Source of the DNA: Pavona decussata
Lineage: Eukaryota
NCBI GenBank assembly: GCA_977016875.1
Contig: CDRNST010000148.1
Location: 1,736,001 to 1,800,000, forward strand
Length of the DNA: 64,000 nucleotides
Direction of reading: 5' to 3'
Made by a program: the position numbers and the translations under genes. Positions within the stretch are counted from its first letter, which is position 1. The number at the start of each line of letters is the position of its first letter. The notes below the pieces were generated by a model. That model was not told the origin of the DNA, did no database searches, and saw nothing but the letters and a program-made list of their open reading frames with translations. This document shows, piece by piece, positions 51,701 through 64,000 of the stretch.

Positions 51701-54700
51701 ACCAAGTCGTAGCAGGTCTTCCAGACCATAAAACAGCTCCATGGAGACCAGCTCTGCGAGCAATACTGCCTTGGTTTGATTCTTGAGAGTCTCATCCCCC
51801 AAAGTCACTGAAAAATGACTCTTCTCCGTAGGATCATGGGATATCGGGTTTGTCTACAGCCAGAAATTGAAGTGCACACTTGACTCAAATTTCATAATCA
51901 AAACAAAACAAAAAAAACAAACAAAAAACAAACAACAAAAAGTAAACAAGCTTCTTCAAACTTTAACTTTAACGTGATGGAACCACGCTACACGTACGCG
52001 ACGAATCAAGTTGAGTATCTGAAGAAAAGGCAGTTCTTGTCTAGTTTTCTTCCTAATAGATAAATAATAAGTTAAGCATTTAGCCAGGAGGATCTCAGTG
52101 GGTTTCAGTCTCTCGTGGATACTCGATCTTGGAGAAAGCGTTGTGAAATGAACCTGATATGCTTAAATTTTCAAGGAAACAGGGCGTACCTCAATGTCTT
52201 CCTCCTTATCCTACTGCAACCCATACACAGGGATCTCTCCAGGGAGTGACCCAGTACTTAATATATTTGAGAATTAATCTGTGGCACCAACTCACCCCGT
52301 TGAGCAGGAACGCAAGTCAAGTATTCGTCCGACATCTTAAGTGCAATTCTAGTCAGGCCAGTGAGTACAGGGTAGGTGCATGAGGATTGGGCGGATGGGG
52401 GGGGGGGGGGGAGGGGGTGTGAGGTTGACACAGGTGAGATAACGAGACAATGTTGATTTCCCATCGCTCGAATCTGTAGCAGTAATTCAGTCAAATAGAA
52501 AATTCTAGTGAGTGTCATATGACCTTGTCTTCGTGTTTTCTAAAACTGGACATGGTGACCGTAAGGTTAATATTGATGTCCGAAAGGAGTCCTCAAGACC
52601 CCCTATAAGATTGACCTCCAAAGCATATCCCTTGCGCTGGGTAAGCCAGGAACACCGCATGATATATAGAAGTACCTTACCTCAAAGGCTTATTATTTTG
52701 CATTAAAGCAGACTGAGACTGCTTTGGCGCTGTTGTCTGCGGTAAGTACTGATATAAACAGGTTTGCTATTTTAAAAGTGAATCCGGCGTCTTATCTGTT
52801 TATTGTTGACAGGACTGATACTCTTGTTTTCATAACCTCGTTTGATCATCTTTGATTTGTGCGCGTCTTCTTCGTGAAAAAATGCGAAGAATGCAACAAA
52901 CGCAAACCGGGGTCCACAGGTTAATAAGTTAAACGTGTTTACCTGTTGCTTCGATCCATGTCGAGACCGTTCGTCTCTTTCGGCCTCCAGTGCCATAATA
53001 TAACTTTCGTATTCGGACTTTTGTCTTCGCCACTCTCGTTCTGAAAGATAAAAGGAGTTATTAATAAACGTATCTACAAGGTTGCTACATTTTATCTTGC
53101 GCTGAATTTTCTCCTCTCCCCGTTTGGTTTCAATGGTAATTTTTTATCCACTATTGTTCCGTGGAGGGATCCAACATTGAACCAGGGATGGGTGAGACGT
53201 GACATAAAGTCGGAAAATAATAACTTGGTTAGTAAAATCATTAGACCATCAGTAGAAGACTTACTCAAAGGGGAAAGATTTTCTGACCTTCGCAAGAGCA
53301 ACTGACGACCATTTTAGATAAGAAATTTCAATTCAGAGTAGAAAATATTAAGCAAGCAGTGCGTTGTTTGAAGACGTCTACGAATTATTTTGCGTTTAAA
53401 AGCTTAGTGGCTGACGTTAGTCAATTCAACCAAAGGTCAAAATTTTAACACGATTTACTCCTTTCCCTATCTTGATTTTGAGCCGAGTTCCTTATTCCGG
53501 TCTAATATTGTATCGTCATGTTAAAATTTGCGTAACTTTACTTATGTATGTTGACTAGAATTGCCAAATTGTTGCGACACTCTCCCTGGCCCTCTCTTCA
53601 GTGCTAGCGCTATGGTTTGTGTCAATAAAATTATTTACGTAAACTTAAATGGAGAAGCTAAAGCCACACAAATACATAGATGCAATGTAACTTAAGTCAA
53701 AACTCAGCCGGCAGGAATTATAAGATCTAAAATCACAGTCCATAACGATACCTTGTGTACAAGTCTTTCCGAGTGCTCTGACAAATCAACGCTCGCAAGG
53801 TAGACATTAAAGTAAACAATACAGTAATTTCTTTAAAGAATAAATGTAAGCCTTTTTTTCCACCCCCACGTCTACAAAGTATCAAATTCTGGAGGCGGCG
53901 GTTTCCAAGGTTTCCTCAAATGGAGTCGTTATTATATCATTGTCATTATCAAAAAAAGATGACAGAGACAATCTGGAGCGCGGAGGCGTGATCATTTTGT
54001 GATAGCGTGATACTTACGTCTCCCGCTTCTACAGACATAACTGCAGTGCAGAAGGTCAAGTACAAACACATCACACGATACAAATGCAGTCAGCACATGC
54101 ACATGGGCCCAACGCTAGTCTGTTCCCGGCGTTTAGATAGTGAGGAGCAGTACAAGGAAAATTGCAATACGTCCGAATAATAAAGGCGAGGAAAAATATT
54201 GCAAGCTGAAAAGAAAAAAAAAAAAAAAAAAAAAAAAAAGAAAGAGAGAGAAAAACTGCGTACAGACTTCTCTTTCCACTCTCCTCGCCTTTATTTAATA
54301 TTTGCTCGCATATCGCGTTTGTCTTCGCGCGGCTCCTCATCAATATCCTCGCGCCCCGACAGGCTGAACACAACCGGCTCATATAGAACTTGGGGAATGG
54401 CTCAGTCATCGCTTCGGAGGGAAGTTAACGCTGAACAAATTTTACTTCGAGGGAGACTGGTCATAAAAAAAAATGACCACAAACGAGGTCACAAAGCACT
54501 TTATAGCTCTTTGTGATTTACTCTTAACAAAATGATGACTTTTGACAATATTCATGGCATGGCGTTATGGCAATATTCATGGATGCTTATATAAGGTTCA
54601 AAAGTGAGGACTGTAAAGTTGCCTGTTTTGGGGATTTGGTTCGGTCGAAGGTTGCTCATGATAATTAATGTTGTAATCTGTACATTCTGCGCTAAAAATA

Positions 54701-57700
54701 GCAAAATTAAAACTGAAGCTTCAAAAATAAATCGACCAATGCGGCCATTTAAAATTAATATTTTTACATAGTCTGGCAGTGGATTTGAAAACGGGGCTAC
54801 CATGAAACAAATCCAAGACTGGGACCTCTGGATTAAAGAGCAGCGCCCTACAAACTTTACTACATGTAGGCACACTGTCTCCCGTTTCCCTGAAATGAGC
54901 CGAGGCGTTCTCAAGATCCCAAAACTCCCCGACAGTCGCCACGCAAGCACGCAAATATTAATGTATTAGCTGTGCTTAAAGGGTCGTTTGTAACGTTCGC
55001 AGGATGAGCAAGGAATTTGACCTTTACTGTATAGAGCTGCTTGAGAATCTGTTCGTTACATTCCGGAGAGGGGGGGGGGGGGGCAGGGGAGGTGGGGACA
55101 AGTAGGATATATATTTATACTGAATGTACGCGTAACTCTAAAGGTTTGACTGAAAAGAGGAACAAACAGTTTGGTCTTAAATCCCCCCCCCCCCCCCCCC
55201 TCCCAATCCCCACCAAAATTTCAGGGCCAACCTTTCGGACCCAAAATTAGCGGTGAAATATTTCTTTACGTCGCGGACCTGTCTAACATGGATACCGCTG
55301 AAGAATCGGTTGCTAGTTCGTGTTTCAAAACGCGCTGTCATACCTTTCGCTGCGTGTTCTTGAGTATAACTTTGCCCAGCTGTCTCACATCTACTCCTTT
55401 GAAAACTTTTACGAGAAACATCTTCGTTTCTCCGAAGACGGAACGGTGCAGATTGAAAAAAGGTGCGCTGTTTACGGTCCATAAGCGCATTTCTTTTCGT
55501 CCTCTTAACGGCTTTTGAAGCAGTTGTACTATACATGTGCTTCACACAACAGCCGCCAGAAAGTGTTAGTAAACCAAGCCTGCCTGAGGAAATACGCAGA
55601 GATAAGCTAAGCCGTTAATGGTCTTGTATGTGTTAAGAAATTCACAGCCCCCAAAAAATCGGATTCGAGTGTCTTAGAGTCTTAGTTGGTCACCAAAGGT
55701 CCCAACAGGAATTTGCTTTGAAACGATTGACCTTTTCTTTAAGAATAAAAGAAACTAGCTTTGCTGCGTTTGCATAGATTGTAGAAAGAATGTTAATTAT
55801 GAAGAAGAATTCAATCGGACGTACTCAAACTTTACTTCCCAATTGGATCATGGTTTTTGCGTGATTCATACAGGATGATAACAGCTAAGAGGATTTATCA
55901 GCTTTCCGTGAACTGATTTGCTTGAAAAGTGTGCAGACCCAACTCATGAATATTTTCCGAGAGGTGACAGCTTTCAAGCATGGAAACGGCATGAGTTGGA
56001 CGCACCATATGCTGGGAAAACACAAGGTAAGAACTGTTTTTAGCTGAGAAAAGACAGAGGGACGCATAGTCTTTTGTTATGACAAGTTTGTTGACTATGT
56101 GGGATGTGAAAGTCACGCTGATATCTCGATTGAGCGTTCACTGATGTTCATGTAACGCAAAATGTTCTCAGCACGCGATTTTAATTTCTGGGTCTTTCAT
56201 AAGGATAAATCTTCTAATACAATTGCCTTATTACTTGTTATTCTCTTATTTGTTGTAGTACTTGTTGTAAAGCTTGAGAGTTCGCCGCTCACTTTGAAAA
56301 AGATGATTTGCATAGCAATGCGTGCAAGCCGTGCGCTGATAATGGCCAGGGCATCGCTAGTCAGCGTCAGTTAGGCTGAGTAAGGCTTATGATAAGTGGA
56401 ATGCATGGCTTTCAAGATTGTTTAAAACAATTTCGGAGTAAAGGGTGTTTAAACGGGTCACAGTCGTTAATTAGGTGATTGAGTCGTTGCATCCATCAAC
56501 TGGCCTTCAGTAACTCTTTGCTCAATAAGTGAATAAGCTTGAAACTGGAAAAAAGCTCACCAACCAACAGCAAAACAGGCAAGTACTGCTCAGTAGCATT
56601 TGTTTGAATGATCGCACTTTAGGATTTCATCCACAGACTCGAAAATTTGACCCGCCTTGTAGAGCATAACAAACAGCACCACAATTTACGAGTCACCCAC
56701 AAATTTGAACTACAGAGCATAGTAGGCAGATCCAAAGGAAAGTACTGCTGAAGAGGATTCATATACATGTCATACTATAGAATTTCATCTACAGACTCTA
56801 AATATAGAACACACGACTCAAGGGTTTTATTCTGGGACAGTTTAAGGCCAGGGTCGCAATACAGAAACCCCTAAGTACTAAAGTAAAACTTAAGGTAAAT
56901 ATGAACTGTATAAAGCACTAAGTTTTCTTTAAACCCTGATCGAAGTAGCACTGATGAATACAACTGGACAGGATCAAGGAATATGCAGGTTATATCCCAA
57001 TTCATTTGCCAAGACAAGATCAAAAATATTGTTTGGTAGTTATGAGCTAAGATGTCATAGATTGATTTCATATAAATTATTAACTCTTACTTGAAACCGA
57101 TAACCACGGCTAACGAACATTAGCGTGCCCTAAGCCCTTTTAAGGGCGTATGGTCTTTGAATTTTTTTTAAAATTTTGTGGTGAGGAGCTTATTTTTTAT
57201 CTCTTCAACAACGAGTGGATACAGTGTCTTTGAACCGCAAAGTAAAAATTAATCTATTGCGCTTTCAAAAGAGAGGAAATACGTGGCTCTTAAAGTAAAG
57301 GAAGGAAACATATAAATCGCAGTGCGGTTGTAGGTTTTAATGCAGCATAACTATGTTGAGGAAATCCTCAACGCCTCTGTGGTTTGGCTGTTGCAAGACA
57401 ATCGCGCGACTGACCGGTGTCCGCAATTGGCTATACTTATAGTTTTTTAACTTCCCGATAAAAAAACTCGAAAAATTCTTGAAATATGCGTTTTTGAACA
57501 GCTGCCATTTTAAAGAAGATTTCTCTACGCAATGAAGACTTCACTTCTGATAAGGCGTACTGAAGAAATTCGAAGAAAACTGAAAACGTTGGAGAGATTG
57601 ACGAAACACTGAGAAAAACAAAACAAAAACAAAAAACAATATTGCTATTTGTTTCTGGACTTCGGACATAATTAGCTATGGTAGCTATAGGTGAACTGAA

Positions 57701-60700
57701 CGTGACATGAGAAAAAAGGTGGACTAACGGGTTTAATGCCGAGTACATTCATCACATATCAGAGCCAGGTATAATCCGGCACACGCGATCAAGTCATTAA
57801 CTCAACTCACCGAACTCAGGCTTTAGTTATGCTTTCCGAATCCCTAGTGACGAGCTTCTGCATTCTCATAAGAAACATAATGGGAAAGAAACGCATAGGT
57901 AATGAGAATTACCACTTTGACCACATGTAAGATCCTGTGGATCGCATATTGGCAGCAGAATGGTTAGTTGTAATTTAGATATTTCATGTAGACCACTAAC
58001 ATGAAAATGTCTACTGTTAGCATCAATGATATAATACTCATGATCTTCTGTGTGATCCGTTCCTATCCATGGAATGAAGGTTATTGTTTCATTATCTTAT
58101 AATCTTCCGCCACACCCTAAGCTGTCCAAAAATTTCAAGTATTTTGTCGAATCCGAAGATCCACAACGCTCAATCGTTTTATTAAATTCAATCCTTTGTA
58201 CGATACTAAACCGCATTATGACAAGAAAAAACCATTTGTGGAGCGACTCAAGTCTGCAGCAGTGTGATTCAGTTCAGCTGTTGGGATTCCCAGTGTAAAT
58301 CCGTGACTAAGGTCACACAATTCTCTACCCAGGCCCTTGAGGTCTTTGTTCTATTGTTTGCTGCTCGAGGGTGCATTTCACACCTTGGGCACACATTTTA
58401 GCTTATTTCCTCAAGAAACGTAGGATAATAAATGATTTTCTAGAGCGCATATTACATCTGTTTATGTTCGTGTGCGCTTTATAAATTAACCTAAACAACG
58501 AAAAATACCGAAAATAATACAACTAAAATAAATGAACTATTAAAAAAAATACTCCATAGATCTATTTGTTTACAAATAAACAAACACTCCACAGTTAAGC
58601 AAAAGCTTGTTTATAGAAGTGCATTTGGAGCTCTGCTTTTAAATGCCTCAATTCTGTCAACGTTTCTCATTCCACTGGGAAGCTTATTCCAAAGCTTAGG
58701 GGCGGCAGACTGAAGTGCCCGCTCTTCTAGTGACACACTTCCACCGCTACATTGAAAGACTGTTTCTACATATTGTTTTGCAAGAGACAATAAATCAGTT
58801 AAATATTTTTGTCATAAGCCATGAAGGCAATAAATCCTAAATCAAACGCGACAAGAGATTGGTAACCAACGTAGAGTGTTTAAACAAAAACTCGCGTGGA
58901 CTGCAGCTTGTAACAAGTCGGGCAGAAATGTTCTGTACACGCTGTAACTAAGCAAGATGAGTACCAGGGAAGGCCATATGACCCCCCGGGGGATACTCCT
59001 AGGAATTTCAGTAGGGGTGTGCCGCCCGGTTCTCCAAATCCTGACCCTATTTCAGACCAAAATATGCCATTTTCCACACCCGTTTTCAGAACTGGCCTCT
59101 AAAATCTATGACCGTTCTCAGCCTTTGTTGTAGCGTAATCAAGCTTTGCATCATTGCCGAAGTCAACAATTAGTAAAATTCACTGACCTGGAAATCCAGC
59201 TCGAATGATATATTTTAGATCCTTCTCTTTCTTTACTATTCATTTGGAGTTGAAAAGACAAATACGTTTATACCTTCTCGTGATTTCCTTGAAAACCATA
59301 CCCGATTTAAAACCATAATGGTCAAAATCTATGCCCGTTTTCAGACCAAAATGGCTAAAGTCCCATACCCTTTGGGGCATTCGTTACATACTTATATGGC
59401 TGATACAGGGGAGTACCACTGGTAATGATAACCTGAACCGACAATTCTGTAGTCTGGCGACACAGATATTTTCTAATAATTTCTGCGTATATTACAAAGA
59501 ACTGCGAATCTTATTTCTGTGACTAAGCATATTGAGATTAGATTCGAATCACGCCCCAAGATTCGTGATAGGACTGACTGATAGGCTTATTACGGTCTTT
59601 TTTCTGTCTAATTTCAAGGGGAATTGCAAAATTCCACCAAGTATACAATTAATTGGATAAAAATAATTCTACTTCGAACAAAAGTGAAGAAGAATTTTGG
59701 GGAAAAAGGGCGTGATTACAAGGATAGATTGTGGATTACAATTAATTAAATCTGATTTCGCAGTACAGTGGATTAAAGCTGATCATCAGAATTGGCATTT
59801 TGATACAGCTTTGAGTTTCTTTCGGCCGCCAGTTTGTCTCTTTAGTTTACATTATTTGCTTTCATCACTTCAGTCTTGCGATAAACGCAGGCGTCTGGCC
59901 ATACTTTGCTAAATACTATACGTCATCATGAACACTGCTTCTTAACTGACTGAAATATAGCACATGGAGTATTCATATTTTGGTCTGTTATAGGGTTTTG
60001 GGGATCTAGAGTTTTGAGGAGTAGATTGACCAGAGAAGTACACATGCACCTCCAGATTAAGAGGGTTAAACGACCTTAAAAAAAGCACCACTTGAAAATG
60101 TGAATTTGCGTTCTTTCAACTTCTTCGCGATTATTCCACTTCGTTAAAACTTGTACAACGTGGTAGAACTATCTAGCAACTTAATATGTTGGAAAAGTGC
60201 TCAAGTTATCAAACAAACAAACAAACAAACAAACAAAATGAATGAAAAAATAAAATAATAAGAAAAATTCAGCGTCGTGTGCGTTCCGTTTTGCAAAAAT
60301 TCTCGTAGCCGGCTTCATTAAGGTCCTCATCGATGATGACGTTGATATCCATATTGTGACGTGTCGTCCATGATTTATTTTGTGACATCACCGCACTAAG
60401 TAGTGCCCAGGCTGTAACCGAGTGATCAACACTCCATGTACTGCGCAGCGAGAGTCGCTTGATACGCTTACAGTGGAAAAACACTAAAAAACTTGGGATT
60501 TCCAAAATTGCTTTCAATGAGGAAAGAATCTTCGAGAGCACATCGTAAAATATGCGGGCGAGTATCGAGTTTCTGAGGAAACCCCAGTAACAATTATTTA
60601 GATATTTTAACACCGATGTCGCCCCATACTTCGTACCAGGCCAGAGGAAATGGCCAGATTATGAATAGTGCCCATGGATATTCATAGACACTCGGTCATG

Positions 60701-61679
60701 GATGAAACGAAAGTAATTAACAAGTCAGTGACAAGTTAATAAGAGATGAAATTAACCGTAATTAACCGCGAAATGAAGAACGACATGCTGGGTCAAGACA
60801 ACTAAGATAAATTGAACGGTACTTGCTTTCTAGAGAATACTATTTAACATAACAAAGTGGGATTTAATTATGAAACAAACAGCTACAAAGAACGCCGAGG
60901 AAGGCTTTGGCAAGAATATTACAAGCGACATAAGAACCGCAGGCGATGACATCCTAGCCACAAACAGGGAGATAGGAAGCTAAGGTATGACACCCGGTTG
61001 ACCTACAATACTATTTTTAATTCTTGCAAGCTGTGGTTTAGTAACATTCTTCCTTTAATAGTTAAGGTCAAGAGAAATTCAACCTGACAGCGGGAGCATT
61101 CGATAAACCATGTACCAAGATAAAAGAGTGTATTTTGCTACCCACAAGATCGTTGAAGCGCTAGCGGTCGTCAAGCTTTGCACAGTGCAGTCTAACACCG
61201 CTGAGTGAAGCGGTGTGTTGTGTTTATTTTTTAAGCAACACTACACACAAAAGCTCCCGGCGTGGGTTATAAACGATGTTTGCATAAAACAACATTTAAC
61301 CCTATCTTATTTTCTGTTGTTCCTTTCTTCAGCGCGTCGGCACCGTAAATTACAAATTTAATACAAAATGCAAGGAATAAACGACCCCTTGGGTTCGTGA
61401 ATACGGTCCCCGTGCGACCAAACCGCAACATATTCAAATCAGATTAACAAATAATGCACTTTAAACCCCCATTCAAAAACGTAATTGCGCCTTCAAGGAA
61501 CAAATAGCCGAAATACTCGGCTGGTGAAATATTCAAACGCATTCACATCGAAGCTACGACTCTGATTTTGCGACAAACCTTGGAAGCATTAACCACATTA
61601 TGAGCCAGTGTATGTTGCAGCAAATTCAAATCGTTTACCTACCTTTTCTTTCTAAAGTTTCACTGAGCTGTTTGGCCAT
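38422..61679 (-). CDS. Large coiled-coil protein of unknown family (~1590 aa in this model; may extend further 5')
   Basis: Well-supported in-phase exons: 51255-51132, 46924-46763, 44939-44868, 43617-43468, 42966-39705 (3262 nt, E/K/L-rich heptads) and 38968-38422. Probable upstream exons: 61694-61643 (ATG at 61679, MAKQLSETLERK), 53040-52943 (EREWRRQKSEYESYIMALEAERDER), 52736-52681, 52348-52296 and 51807(or 51853)-51608. A further phase-compatible exon lies at 62599-62532. The join across 52.7-51.8 kb is uncertain. Confidence 0.75.
39187..39323. other. Assembly gap (137 N)
   Basis: Run of N within the last intron of the coiled-coil gene. Confidence 1.
39705..42966 (-). CDS. Giant internal coiled-coil exon of the above gene
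   Basis: 1087-codon open frame bounded by acceptor TTTTTGTTCTTTCAG|GA and donor AG|GTGAGT. Confidence 0.92.
45693..45763. repeat. (AAAT)n microsatellite
   Basis: Directly visible, about 17 units. Confidence 0.97.
48600..48745 (-). mobile_element. tRNA-related SINE fragment
   Basis: Minus strand reads CTCCCAGTAGCTCAGTGGTTAGAGCG...GGTTTCGATTCCC (A and B boxes), preceded by TAATAAATGGCCTCAGCTC, similar to the copy at 49.6 kb. Confidence 0.65.
48877..48998. repeat. ~42-bp inverted repeat hairpin
   Basis: GGAAATACCCAATAAATTTCAATAAAAGCTCAGAATCTATA / TATAAATTCTGAGCTTTTATTGACATTTATTGGGTATTTCC. Confidence 0.85.
49525..49785 (+). mobile_element. tRNA-related SINE with internal tandem duplication
   Basis: Two successive copies of GAACCT.GTTTAATGGCCTTAGC...CAGTGGTAG.GCATCC.AACTAGT.ATCGGAAGGTCTTAGGTT; the second ends in the B box GGTTCGACTCC. 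Confidence 0.7.
58590..58850 (-). mobile_element. L2/CR1-group LINE ORF2 C-terminal fragment
   Basis: Minus-strand peptide TLEERALQSAAPKLWNKLPSGMRNVDRIEAFKS matches the RAF..AAPKLWN.LP..R......FK terminal motif of L2/CR1 ORF2. Confidence 0.7.
58982..59420. mobile_element. Non-autonomous DNA element (MITE-like)
   Basis: Ends CCCCGGGGGATACTCC... / ...GGGGAGTACC are imperfect inverted repeats, with repeated internal CCC.TTTCAGACC motifs. Confidence 0.55.
60269..60480 (-). mobile_element. Decayed hAT transposase C-terminal (dimerisation) fragment
   Basis: KRIKRLSLRSTWS...TAWALLS...MDINVIIDE...RTRR* resembles the KRIKTxLRSTM..L..LALLS...D...IID.F...RR end of ZMYM1/P52rIPK-type hAT transposases. 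Confidence 0.45.
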
Positions 61680-64000
61680 TTTCTCAAAGTCAATCTGCAA
61701 GGAAGAACCGTAATGATGTTACACAAACACATCATAACAGAACAAGTTTTCAACATTGTTGTTTCTGCGGTGTGTGCAACAGAAAGGTTGCAACAGTACA
61801 CCATATGTTTTTACAGATAATAAAAATGCAGGCCACTTGCACTTGACGCCTAGCTGTCAAAAATATTTGCAATTCGGGTTTGCAATCCGCTTGTTTTGAT
61901 AAACATAGAAAGGTCAGTTGGTCAGTCTTATGGCGGAAAACAGTGGAGGAATTTAACTTACAAGGAAGACATCGATAGATTTGGAGGCTACCCAGTAGCT
62001 AGCAACTTACTCTTGGGAAGTTTGCAGGAATCTAGCAAGTGTTTTTTTGCCGTCGGTGACAAACCAACACATTCTTGAATCTTCCGCTTTAGGAACGTAA
62101 AAAAAGAGACCGGTGATTTGATCTGATGAAAACACATTCCATCAGGTAGTCGTCAGTTGAGTGCGGAGCTCAAAACATTGGGGACGACAGATGAAGCACA
62201 TGCATTTAATAAAGTAAATGATTACTTCTCACAAATGAATAAATTTTAACTAGGCGACGATCAAACAATGTAACTGCTAACAACGTCGATTTATGCATAC
62301 CTCGTTTGTGCATAACAGGGATTTTTTTCTCTGGTTTGGCAAAACACCCCTTTGAAGCCACATTTACAGAGATTTTGCGATTTTTTCCATACCGGCAAAA
62401 ATAACTCTATGCAAACTTGAATACCCTCTTTTAAATTCTAATACTAGAATTATAATAAATTACGCGTGCAGTTAATTTCGTAAACAATACACTTACAGCT
62501 GCACTTACTAAAAGACTTTGACAGAAATTACCTCTCGCTCGATCTCTCCGAAAGGTCTGATATAGTTTCCGTCGGACGAGGCGACTGTATCAGTACCACC
62601 TGTAATATTTATATTCTAGAAGCTAAACTTTGCGCACAACTTAAAGTATGGCCCCAAATTTTGCTTGTCTTAGAACAAATTACGAGAAGCTATTTTTAAG
62701 TACTTAATTCTCTGGCGCACACGTTACATATATCACTGAGCATTTATCAAATAGTTCGAACCGGCTTTTCTCAATCTTCAGCAAAAGGGTCAAAGGCTGA
62801 ATTAAAATAAAATCGATTTGCTCGGTATTTCTATCGAGGACTCTGCATAATGAAACATTAACTCTTAATTAGCTAAGATTTTCTTGTGTTACCATGACAG
62901 TAAATCTTAGATGCCACGACTACCTTGAGTGCAAAAAATAAAATAACAGACAAAAATAACCAATCACTCTCAACCATTGAATAGAGCTGGAGAAACTGAT
63001 TGGACGACCCTCTGGTAGCAACTATTTAATACTAAGGAAAATGCAAAAAGAAAGTATTTGTACGAAAAAAGAGGTTTCATTTTTTTAAATTAATTTAGTT
63101 AATGAATAGTCGATCCGTATGCATCACAACATTTCCAATGTATGAAGAACAACTATGCTATGAACACTGGTAACCTCCAGAGACCTGTCACTTGTAGCCT
63201 AGTTATTGTTTTTCCACTATATAACTTTGTATTTCTTTGGTAAGCATAACTGAGAGATTACAACTGGATCTAGATGCATTCCACAAACCGGCATACAAGA
63301 CAACCTCCTGGGTGACAACGGGACTGCTTCGGTAAAATAAATACGGTGGTCAAATAAACATTTTGCTCGCAGCTTATCAATTGGTTGGTAGCTCGTGTCC
63401 TATCGGGAGATAATACGAGTAAGAACAGTGGGAACACATGGAGCCTGTACACTTTATATTTATAAGATAATGAAAAATGATTTACCTGTGTTTCAGATTT
63501 TTTTTCGTCGTGCAGGAAGGGTATTTATATCACAGCGAAGACAATTTTCTTTGAATTTCAAAATGTCATCGTTTCATCCGGTCGGAAACTGGAGTCTGTT
63601 TAAAACGTCTGGAGTTTTTTTTTTAACACAATTAAAACTATAGTTATTGCTCATTCAAAAAACATGTCTGAGTAGCTGACGATTTACAAAGGAAACCGTA
63701 ATGTAACCACAAAGTGTTTGTACAGGGCGTGGAGAGCCAAAGCATTCTTTATCGATAAATCTGTTTGAAAACAAAAGGGATATTCGTAGGCCAATATTGT
63801 CGCAGGAAAGCAATATATGATTTTCACTGTGTAGCTCGAATACCAAATTTGCCAAATTAATTGTGAAAAACTAAAGAGCCTTTGCACTGCAATTTTATCT
63901 CCTTTGTATCTTATTTTTACCGGGTGTTGATTGTTGGATTTTTTTCAGTGAAAAGTTTAAAAAAGACAATTTGTATTTTCGCAAATTTTTATGGCTTGGA

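Noticed and set aside
54440-58500. Possible Kolobok- or hAT-derived non-autonomous elements in the large intron
   Set aside because: The sequence looks repeat-like, but I could not pair TIRs or TSDs or find convincing transposase motifs by eye.

Overview
AT-rich, intron-containing eukaryotic DNA. The gene content and repeat landscape suggest an anthozoan cnidarian, probably a stony coral (inference only). From left to right: (1) the 3' ~6.5 kb of an apparently intact, intron-containing Sola3 DNA transposon. Its spliced transposase is at least 1083 aa with a DDD triad, and the element ends in ...CTC|TTAA at 6513. (2) A complete 9-exon minus-strand Cys-loop ligand-gated anion channel subunit (GABA-A/glycine-receptor-like, 494 aa). 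Its intron 5 is filled by ~80 copies of a 30-bp unit, each a copy of the exon-5 end plus 5' splice site. (3) A divergently transcribed 6-exon gene for a secreted LamG/pentraxin-like + C-type lectin + PAN/apple protein (484 aa), with a sense-strand minimal hammerhead ribozyme motif in intron 4. (4) A large minus-strand coiled-coil protein gene (~1.6 kaa) with a 3.26-kb exon. Between these lie fragments of Penelope, Crypton, hAT and L2/CR1 elements, tRNA-derived SINEs, palindromic MITEs, microsatellites and one assembly gap. All gene models were built by hand from GT-AG sites and phase arithmetic; no database search was run.
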